A stretch of 64,000 nt of DNA, from IMG/VR virus record IMGVR_UViG_3300046777_002520, positions 32,001-96,000 of that record. One strand, 5' to 3'. The notes under the pieces were generated by a model. That model ran no database searches. It was not told the origin of the DNA and saw nothing but the letters and a program-made list of their open reading frames with translations. How positions within the stretch are numbered: position 1 is the stretch's first letter; every line of letters starts with the position of its first letter. The stretch comes from a virus. Position numbers and translations under genes: made by a program. Below are positions 18,562 to 25,975 of the stretch, piece after piece.

Positions 18562-19179
18562 ATGCAGAATCCAGAAAGCAAAAAACTTCTAGAAAAGCTT
18601 CCTGACTGGAATAGAAAACTTCACCAGGTTAACGCTTTTGGTAACGATACCTTTAAAAGTTACCTTAAATACTTTGACTGGCTTCTAGGCGTAGACAAGG
18701 AAAAAGTAATAACTCTAGACTTCGGGTGCGGCAGCAACGGCGGCATAGCCAATTACGGTTTCAATGCCATACCTTATGATCCCTATGTTGAAGCTTTCGC
18801 GGCTGATCCGTGGAATCAAAATTTCCAGGCTGTGTTCAGCGCTGACGTTCTTGAGCACATGACGGTCAACCAGTGCGTTCAGTTCTTGAGAAAAGTTTCA
18901 AGCAAAGCACCAGACTACGTTTTCCTAGCCATAGCGACAAGGTCGGCAAAAAGGACCCTGGAGAACGGAATCAACGCGCATCTAACAGTAGAGGCAGGAG
19001 ATTGGTGGCTAGGGCTGTGCCAATCTGTGCTGATTGAAAAAATGGACTGTGTGCTGGCTATAGACGACATGCTTTCTGACAGCGTTATTCTTGGCTTTGT
19101 CAGCAAGTCCAAGCGCAAGACACGGCCATTCGATACTGAAAACAGCTTCCTGGGCGGCGTTGAGTCCGATGCGCATTAA
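18562..19179 (+). CDS. Class I SAM-dependent methyltransferase
   Basis: LDFGCGS motif I; SADVLEH. Confidence 0.8.
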   Translation: MQNPESKKLLEKLPDWNRKLHQVNAFGNDTFKSYLKYFDWLLGVDKEKVITLDFGCGSNGGIANYGFNAIPYDPYVEAFAADPWNQNFQAVFSADVLEHMTVNQCVQFLRKVSSKAPDYVFLAIATRSAKRTLENGINAHLTVEAGDWWLGLCQSVLIEKMDCVLAIDDMLSDSVILGFVSKSKRKTRPFDTENSFLGGVESDAH

Positions 19180-19867
19180 CCTTCTTTCTGGAAGGCACAA
19201 AGGCGAAGACATCTACATAGTCGGAACTGGTCCGAGCCTAAGAGTCTTTGATAAAAATTATCTAAGCAACAAAGTCACCATAGGCTTGAACCAGGCGTGG
19301 AAACACCTGCCTACGGTTTACTCCATATCTGTTCATCCAGAGCTGGTCGTCGAATACGAGCAGACCAAAACAAAAAACAAAACCTGCTGGATAGTCAAAC
19401 AGAAGGGTGAGTTCGTAAACAAGTCCTTAGATGACCCCGAGTATTACATATTCAAAACTGTCGATAGGGACTTCTCCATATTCACAAAGCCCAAAGAGGA
19501 CCACCTCTTTATCGGCAGAGGCGTCCAGCAGACCGCCATGAACATGGCTGCTGTAATGGGGGCTAAGAACATAATTTTGGTAGGCGTGGACATGACCGAC
19601 GTGGGTGGCGATCACCACGGCCACGACCAACACGTGAAGTTCCACGGTCTGGCACCTAAAGACGTTTACTCTGAGTACAGGGATTACACAGCGTCTGCCA
19701 GACAGGAGCTGCGCAAACTGGGCATCACCGTAATGACCCTCTCTCCTTTCCTGGGATCATGCGACGCCTCTGAGGATTACCTGCGTATCTGCTCAGAGCT
19801 TAAATTACCCAAACTACCAGCGCCTAAAGATACTAGCACTTACGTACGCAAGTCTGTAGATAGATAA
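19169..19867 (+). CDS. Maf/MptE-like (DUF115-type) putative glycosyltransferase
   Basis: IYIVGTGPSL, TIGLNQAW, MGAKNIILVGVDM. Start ATG 19169. Confidence 0.65.
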   Translation: MRINLLSGRHKGEDIYIVGTGPSLRVFDKNYLSNKVTIGLNQAWKHLPTVYSISVHPELVVEYEQTKTKNKTCWIVKQKGEFVNKSLDDPEYYIFKTVDRDFSIFTKPKEDHLFIGRGVQQTAMNMAAVMGAKNIILVGVDMTDVGGDHHGHDQHVKFHGLAPKDVYSEYRDYTASARQELRKLGITVMTLSPFLGSCDASEDYLRICSELKLPKLPAPKDTSTYVRKSVDR

Positions 19868-19871
19868 AGAC

Positions 19872-19900
19872 TTGCGCGTATAGAGGAGCAGTAGTAAATT
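19872..19900 (+). promoter_or_regulatory. Sigma70-like promoter
   Basis: TTGCGC-N17-TAAATT upstream of GGAGGT RBS and ATG 19926. Confidence 0.5.
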
Positions 19901-19925
19901 ACTTTATCTTCAATCGGAGGTCGTT

Positions 19926-21104
19926 ATGACTCTTAGGTATCAGCATCTTATTCAAGCCGTTGACGTAGCTTCTGGAAACTCAAAGAAGCATAAGCCTTTT
20001 CGTATTCTCGAAATTGGCGTGTTCGACGCAGCTCACGGAAGGCAGATGATTGAGCGAGCCGCCAGAAACGGCCGCATCTTCGTCGAGTACTACGGCTTCG
20101 ACATGTTCGAGCAGATGACTCCAGAAGTAAACACTGCTGAGATAGGCAAGAAGACTATGGCCAAGTCGCAAGACGAGGTCATGAAGTACCTGAGAGCCAA
20201 GACCAAGGCTCGCATCGTCAAGTTGTTCAAGGGTGACAGCAAGAAGACGCTGCCAGCACAGGTTCCCAGCCTTCCCAAGATGGACATCATCTTCGTGGAC
20301 GGCGGTCACTCGCTGGGCACAGTGCAGTCAGACTTCGAGCACGCGCTCAAGTTGGCTCACAGCAAAACCATCATCCTTCTCGATGATTACTATCCTGGCG
20401 ACTTCACCAAGGGTTGCGCTTTCCTGGTCGAGAATGACCTGAAGTCCAGGGGCAATCTCAAGGTTGAAGTTCTGGAGCCTGCGGACAGCTACGCCGAAAG
20501 CGGTCTTTCTGTCCAGTTTGTCAAAGTGTCGCTCTCAGAGAATCCAGTCGAGCCTGAGCCCGTGCCTGAGGTTGTCGTTCCTCAGTCCACGCCTGCTCCA
20601 GAGCTGCCTCCTGAGCCTGTTGTAGAGACAACGCCAGCGCCTCAGCCTGTGGAGGTGCCAGCCGAGCCGCAAAACTTTCGTGCCGAAGATAGCCATAGTG
20701 ATACCCACGTACAACCACCTGGGGTATGCGCTGAAGGCTGTGGAGACAGCGCTTGCGAATACACCGGACAGCCTTGTGATGGTGGTAGACGATGCCAGCC
20801 CCGAGTGGAGGGAGGAGATCTGGCAGAAGTTTCCATCGAACAGGCTGATCCTGCACCGGTTCCCGAAGAACGACAGGAACCTGACCAGAAGCTGGAACTG
20901 GGGGTTGTCGAAAGCCCGACAGCTGAACATACCGATAACGGTGGCGACGAACAGCGACGTGATGTTCCCACAGGGTTGGAGCAGACCGCTGACGAAGGCT
21001 CTGCTAGAGGGTCGCGCCGATCTCGTCGGTCCCGCAACAAACGCTCCAGGTCACAAACCGAGACAACAGATAGCCAGGATAATGAAGGGTTACAAGATAA
21101 CTGA
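19926..21104 (+). CDS. Methyltransf_24-like SAM methyltransferase with Pro/Glu linker and overprinted tail
   Basis: LEIGVFD, FKGDS, IFVDGGHS..VQSDF, LLDDY. Confidence 0.8.
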   Translation: MTLRYQHLIQAVDVASGNSKKHKPFRILEIGVFDAAHGRQMIERAARNGRIFVEYYGFDMFEQMTPEVNTAEIGKKTMAKSQDEVMKYLRAKTKARIVKLFKGDSKKTLPAQVPSLPKMDIIFVDGGHSLGTVQSDFEHALKLAHSKTIILLDDYYPGDFTKGCAFLVENDLKSRGNLKVEVLEPADSYAESGLSVQFVKVSLSENPVEPEPVPEVVVPQSTPAPELPPEPVVETTPAPQPVEVPAEPQNFRAEDSHSDTHVQPPGVCAEGCGDSACEYTGQPCDGGRRCQPRVEGGDLAEVSIEQADPAPVPEERQEPDQKLELGVVESPTAEHTDNGGDEQRRDVPTGLEQTADEGSARGSRRSRRSRNKRSRSQTETTDSQDNEGLQDN

Positions 21105-21420
21105 TGACCTCGGTTACCTGGATTCTGTTCAGAAGTTTGTAGAGAGTAAGCACGGGCAGGAGCTTTGGTTCACTACGGTGAACGGCTTCTGCCTGGCCGC
21201 TAAAACCGACACATGGTTTAGCGGCGCTTACAACTCTGAGTGTGTCTTTAATCCAAAGCACAAAATGACAAAAAACGAAGATGAGCTGCAGGGCAGATGG
21301 TTGAAGATGGGTAGGACCATCGCCATCTGTCCTTCGTCTTTCGTATGGCACTACAGAAGTGTCACAAGAAACCCGAACGGTAAAGACAGAGGCTCTTACC
21401 GACTCAAGAAGGATAAGTGA
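20680..21420 (+). CDS. GT2 glycosyltransferase (nested in the +1 frame of the preceding ORF)
   Basis: KIAIVIPTYNH, VVDDAS, SWNWGL, NSDV, VNGFC, NEDE, FVWHY. Confidence 0.85.
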   Translation: MPKIAIVIPTYNHLGYALKAVETALANTPDSLVMVVDDASPEWREEIWQKFPSNRLILHRFPKNDRNLTRSWNWGLSKARQLNIPITVATNSDVMFPQGWSRPLTKALLEGRADLVGPATNAPGHKPRQQIARIMKGYKITDDLGYLDSVQKFVESKHGQELWFTTVNGFCLAAKTDTWFSGAYNSECVFNPKHKMTKNEDELQGRWLKMGRTIAICPSSFVWHYRSVTRNPNGKDRGSYRLKKDK

Positions 21421-22040
21421 TGCGTTATTGGAAGCTTAAAAGCCTTGCTAACAATCACAAAGTTGGAATGGTAGTAGCGACATACAATCAGACAGATTGT
21501 TTGCAGGCTTTGTTGTGTTCTCTAAAAACGCAGACTTGGAAAAACTTCCTCATCCTCGTATCCCATGACGGACCAGCCAGCAATGAAGTCAGGCAGGCTT
21601 TCAAGGCTGTAGTCGGTTCAGACGCTAGGTTTATTTTCCAGGAAACGCCATCGCGTCAAAACAAGTTTGGACATGAAAGGCGTTACACAGGCTTTCAGTT
21701 TCTTATAGACAACGGCTGCGACATGCTGTGTACGACCAACGGCGACTGCTGGTACACACCAAACTACTTTGAAAGCATGTTATATCAAATGCAGAAAGAC
21801 AACACAGAATTTGTTTACTGCAATATGGTACACAGCCATAAATTATGGCAGCCTATGAAAACAGAAATGCGTCGTGGTAAAATTGACGTTGGTTGTTGGA
21901 TGGCTTCAAAAGCACTCATCAGTGCGGTACAGTGGACTGACTTTACTTTTGCTGGCGATTGGAGTTTCATTCACAAGTTACATAAGACGGCAGAAGGGAG
22001 GCACGCTAAGGTAGACAGTTACCTTTATGTGCATAACTGA
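21417..22040 (+). CDS. GT2 glycosyltransferase
   Basis: VVATYNQ, VSHDGP, TNGDCWY, FAGDW. Confidence 0.8.
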   Translation: MMRYWKLKSLANNHKVGMVVATYNQTDCLQALLCSLKTQTWKNFLILVSHDGPASNEVRQAFKAVVGSDARFIFQETPSRQNKFGHERRYTGFQFLIDNGCDMLCTTNGDCWYTPNYFESMLYQMQKDNTEFVYCNMVHSHKLWQPMKTEMRRGKIDVGCWMASKALISAVQWTDFTFAGDWSFIHKLHKTAEGRHAKVDSYLYVHN

Positions 22041-22051
22041 CGAGGTGCCCC

Positions 22052-23134
22052 ATGCGAGTAGGCATAGTACTTAACTACACTCGTCACGACTCCACATACG
22101 CTGCCTTAAAAACAGCAGAAGTGATAAGAGACTTAGGTTACGGCGTTCTGTTCTTCGACAAAGCAACCAAAACAAACAGAGCAAACCTGCACGCTTACTG
22201 GGACGACTTTGTCCAGGCGTCTAACGACGTTGACTTTGCTTCTTGGCTGGACGAGTGCCAGGTTGTTCTTTTCTTTAGCTATCCGACGTCTAAGGAAATA
22301 AAGCTGGTAAAGAAGAGGGGCATATCGTGCGCCTCGTCGATAACCTGGGACAGCATAGATTCTGAAACAGTTGCTGCCGTAAAGCCGTGTGACTTTCTGG
22401 TATGCCCCTCGAAGGTGCAGTTAGAGTATTTCAACACCTATTGGAACCTGACAAACATCAACTACGTTTACTACGATTCAAACTGGTCGATAACCAACAA
22501 CGAGCGTATCAACTCTGAAAAGCTGCGAATTATCACGGCCTGCCCTGGATACCAGATCAAACGCGTTGACTACAACAAGCTTTTTGATGCCCTGAACGAA
22601 GCCCTTGAAGCCTGCCCAAACATCGACCTTGATTTCCTTTACTCGTCGAAGGTGGCGAGCCAGGTCAAGGTAAACCTCAAAAAGCATGAGAAGACGTTTT
22701 CAGGCGGTAACGCTTTATCGCTTATCGACGATACGACTGGCTGGTCCGAGGGTCCGTTGGCTTACTCTCTGTGCGACGCCGTCTTCTGGCCGTCACAGCT
22801 TGAAAGCTTTGGGTATGTCGGACTGGAGGCTATGACTGTAGGCACGCCAGTGATTACTTATAATCACTGCCCCATGAATGAGTTTATATCTGACAGGGTA
22901 AATGGTATCTTGATTCCATGTGACACCAAGCAAACCGAGCTTGGTGTGACTTATGTAGAGCACAACCACAGGAAAATTGTTGAGACCTTTAAGCTGATCA
23001 ACAACGATCCAGGCGTTATTCACTCAATGAAAAATGCTAGCCACAAGTTAGTAGCCAAGCACAAAGAAGACTTTCCAAAGTTCTGGGAAGACACAATAGA
23101 TCAACTTATATTGCTTAGGAAAGAAAAGCGATGA
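22052..23134 (+). CDS. GT4-like (GT-B) glycosyltransferase
   Basis: PSQLESFGYVGLEAMTVGTPVIT...NG. Confidence 0.8.
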   Translation: MRVGIVLNYTRHDSTYAALKTAEVIRDLGYGVLFFDKATKTNRANLHAYWDDFVQASNDVDFASWLDECQVVLFFSYPTSKEIKLVKKRGISCASSITWDSIDSETVAAVKPCDFLVCPSKVQLEYFNTYWNLTNINYVYYDSNWSITNNERINSEKLRIITACPGYQIKRVDYNKLFDALNEALEACPNIDLDFLYSSKVASQVKVNLKKHEKTFSGGNALSLIDDTTGWSEGPLAYSLCDAVFWPSQLESFGYVGLEAMTVGTPVITYNHCPMNEFISDRVNGILIPCDTKQTELGVTYVEHNHRKIVETFKLINNDPGVIHSMKNASHKLVAKHKEDFPKFWEDTIDQLILLRKEKR

Positions 23135-23859
23135 ACGGCGAAAACGTCATCATCATTCCAGCTCGCTTGGATTCAACCAGGCTGCCAGGTAAGGTGCTGC
23201 TCAAGGAAAGCGGCAAGTATTTGCTGCAGCACGTTTACGAACAAGCGGTTAAGAGCAAAGAAAAGGACATGGTTGTCGTCGCCACGGACTCCCAGGAGGT
23301 CGTGGACGCCTGCAAGGAGTTCGAAGCCAACTGTGTCTTAACGTCAAGACAGCACAACAGCGGCACGGACAGGGCTTGCGAGGTGGTCAAGGGTCTGAAC
23401 GTCAAAAGGGTCGTAAACGTCCAGGCTGACGAGCCGTTTATTGACCCTGTTGATATAGATAACCTTTTCTCGTTTTTGGAGAACCACGATTGCAAACTTG
23501 TTACTTTGTGTGTCGAGCTTGACAAAGAAGACGAGGATAACGAAAACGTAGTCAAGGTTTACATAGACTCTTGCGGAAAGTACGCTGTTACTTTCAGCAG
23601 ACATATTTTGAAGGAAGGAGTTTCTGACCTGTTTTTGGAGCGTCACGTCGGCGTTTACGGCTACACCAAGGATGGACTCCTCACCTTTGCCAGTATGCCT
23701 CAATCAGAAAGAGAGAAAAGCCAGAGGCTGGAACAGCTCAGGTGGCTGGACGACGGCCTGGACATCGCGGTTATAAGTTCTGTGGGGCGGTCTCTTGGGA
23801 TCGACACGCGAGAGGATTACGACAACTTTCTAGCCCAGCTAGAGAAAGGACAGCAATGA
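23131..23859 (+). CDS. kdsB: CMP-Kdo synthetase (3-deoxy-manno-octulosonate cytidylyltransferase)
   Basis: IPARLDSTRLPGK, SGTDR, NVQADEP, HVGVYGY, LEQLRWL, GIDT.ED. Confidence 0.9.
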   Translation: MNGENVIIIPARLDSTRLPGKVLLKESGKYLLQHVYEQAVKSKEKDMVVVATDSQEVVDACKEFEANCVLTSRQHNSGTDRACEVVKGLNVKRVVNVQADEPFIDPVDIDNLFSFLENHDCKLVTLCVELDKEDEDNENVVKVYIDSCGKYAVTFSRHILKEGVSDLFLERHVGVYGYTKDGLLTFASMPQSEREKSQRLEQLRWLDDGLDIAVISSVGRSLGIDTREDYDNFLAQLEKGQQ

Positions 23860-24233
23860 CTCCTGAAGAAATGCAAGCCCTCAAGTCTCAGGGCTTCGGC
23901 ATCACGACTAACGAAGACCTTGATCTTTTCGACTCGATGATGACCAAGTATCTGGCTGGCATGAAGGAGACAGTGAAGAAGCAGAAAGCCAAACCTATTC
24001 AAGAGTTTGTTGCCTTCTGCAAGCAGCAGCTGCTCAGCAACCCCCCAGTAACCATGACTTTTCTGGACAACGGCTTAGCTCTGCAAATGGCCGACTACAG
24101 CCGAGTTGTTCTGGTTAATGCTGTAGATAATAGCAATAATAAAACAGGCTCCGTGGTTATAACTGACGCTGAGAAAAAAGGTGGTCCAGTTGTATACCGT
24201 CAAGTTGATACCTCAGTACCTATCACGAGGTAG
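23856..24233 (+). CDS. Hypothetical protein
   Basis: ATGA coupling at 23856. Confidence 0.6.
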   Translation: MTPEEMQALKSQGFGITTNEDLDLFDSMMTKYLAGMKETVKKQKAKPIQEFVAFCKQQLLSNPPVTMTFLDNGLALQMADYSRVVLVNAVDNSNNKTGSVVITDAEKKGGPVVYRQVDTSVPITR

Positions 24234-24235
24234 TC

Positions 24236-24529
24236 ATGATGACAGAAAATCAAAAAGAGAAGATCGTCGAAAGAGCCGTCATGGTTGCTGCAGACAGAGT
24301 TGATGCTTTGGTCAGTAGACCAAGCTTTCATCAGCTTGAAGCTCCGCAGGCCATGAAGTGCTTAAAGCAGTGTCTAAAAGCTGCGCTCATGGAAACAGAG
24401 CACGAGCATTACGACGTGATATCAAGAACGAGCAAAAAGCAAATTCTTATTAATCTCAAGTTGTTTAAGGACTCTGAACCCGACTATGATATACAGCTGA
24501 AGTATTCCATACAGGATAACATGCGCTGA
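24236..24529 (+). CDS. Hypothetical protein
   Basis: GAGG RBS. Confidence 0.6.
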   Translation: MMTENQKEKIVERAVMVAADRVDALVSRPSFHQLEAPQAMKCLKQCLKAALMETEHEHYDVISRTSKKQILINLKLFKDSEPDYDIQLKYSIQDNMR

Positions 24530-24533
24530 GGGT

Positions 24534-24941
24534 TTGCGCGTGATCAGCACAGATGTAATAAAGGCTATGGAAAAAGCCTGGGGTACTAACTTCCCAGTTT
24601 TTCATAATGCCAATTTCGAACTGCATCACGCTTTCATAGAGCCAGGCGGCTACTCGTCTTGTCATTGCCACCAGAATAAGTTTAACTTGTTCTACGCAGT
24701 GCGAGGCGAGTTGTACGTCCATTTCTACAGCTCTGAACCAAGTAAGAACAATTTTACAGACATAGTTCACACAGTCATAATTGAGACAGGTGAACGGCTT
24801 GTAGTTCCCCCTAAGGTGTGGCACAGGTTTTACGCTCCTGAAGGCGGTACTGGTGTTGACCTCATAGAGGTTTACTGGAACGCAGACGTGGATCCAGACG
24901 ATATTGTCAGAAAGGATGTAGGTGGCGTATACCCAGTTTGA
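24534..24941 (+). CDS. Cupin-domain protein
   Basis: SSCHCHQNKFNLFYAVRGEL and VPPKVWHRF cupin motifs 1 and 2. Confidence 0.8.
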   Translation: MRVISTDVIKAMEKAWGTNFPVFHNANFELHHAFIEPGGYSSCHCHQNKFNLFYAVRGELYVHFYSSEPSKNNFTDIVHTVIIETGERLVVPPKVWHRFYAPEGGTGVDLIEVYWNADVDPDDIVRKDVGGVYPV

Positions 24942-24957
24942 CAGGTGAGGTCACATC

Positions 24958-25323
24958 ATGTTTGAAAAGCTCACCTGCTGGGTAAAGTCTCTATTCGTTA
25001 AACCTGCTGAGTTTCAAGTACAGGGCGGTAAGCGCAGCTCAGCCTGGTATCCCCTGAGAAACTCATTTCTAGCCAACAAGCGCTGTGCCGTGTGTAACAC
25101 GGACAAAGACCTGGAAGCGCACCACAAAAAACCATTCCACGAATACCCAGAGCTGGAGCTAGACGAGAGCAATCTTGTAGCTCTGTGTTCCAGATGTCAC
25201 TTTGTTATAGGTCATTTATTTAATTACTCTATGTATAACCATGACATAGATAACACTATAACTTACTTTCAATTAATAATAAAGAAAGCGAAAGCCCACC
25301 TCAAAAAACATTCTTCTTTTTGA
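24958..25323 (+). CDS. HNH endonuclease
   Basis: CAVC...EAHHKKP...NLVALCSRCH. Confidence 0.85.
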   Translation: MFEKLTCWVKSLFVKPAEFQVQGGKRSSAWYPLRNSFLANKRCAVCNTDKDLEAHHKKPFHEYPELELDESNLVALCSRCHFVIGHLFNYSMYNHDIDNTITYFQLIIKKAKAHLKKHSSF

Positions 25324-25333
25324 GGCTTATCTT

Positions 25334-25975
25334 GTGCCTTCAACCAAGTGCTTGTTCTGTAAAAGGCCTGCAAAGGTCATAAAGAACAAAGACGGAAGCG
25401 TTAGGGTGGTTCGCAAAACCTGCGGCAACAGTCGTTGCTTGACCAAGGCTTTGTCTATGAACGGCACCAAAGGCAACAGGACCAAGAAGAAACAAAAGCG
25501 CTGTCAGCACTGCTCCAAGCTCTTCGACCCAGCGTCTGTGCGACAGCTGTGGTGCAAAGAGTGCGTACCTGATCTGACTCAAAGGCGCAGGATGCAGAAG
25601 TATAAGCTATCGCAACAAGACTTCGATTCGATGTACAATAAACAGCGCGGAAAGTGTAAGCTTTGCCCCAAGCCAATACAGGTTGTTGATCATTGCCATA
25701 AGACAGGCGCAGTTAGAGGCTTACTCTGTAACGGCTGCAACGTTCTTATAGGCTTGTTAGACCGCGATATGTTGTTCCTGGCACGAGCACTTGTTTATAC
25801 GGGTAAAAACAATGCCTTTCAAATCAAAGAAACAGATGCGTTGGATGTTTGCAAACGACCCAGAGATGGCGAAGAGGTGGGCTGCGCACACCAAAGACAT
25901 GAAGAACCTTCCAGAAGAAAAGGAAGAAAAGAAGGAAGCCTCTGTGGGTCAAGAGGCAGGCGCAGAGCTTCTTGA
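25334..25975 (+). CDS. Endonuclease VII-family nuclease with N-terminal zinc fingers
   Basis: CKLC..VDHCHKTGAVRGLLCNGCN..IG. Confidence 0.85.
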   Translation: MPSTKCLFCKRPAKVIKNKDGSVRVVRKTCGNSRCLTKALSMNGTKGNRTKKKQKRCQHCSKLFDPASVRQLWCKECVPDLTQRRRMQKYKLSQQDFDSMYNKQRGKCKLCPKPIQVVDHCHKTGAVRGLLCNGCNVLIGLLDRDMLFLARALVYTGKNNAFQIKETDALDVCKRPRDGEEVGCAHQRHEEPSRRKGRKEGSLCGSRGRRRAS

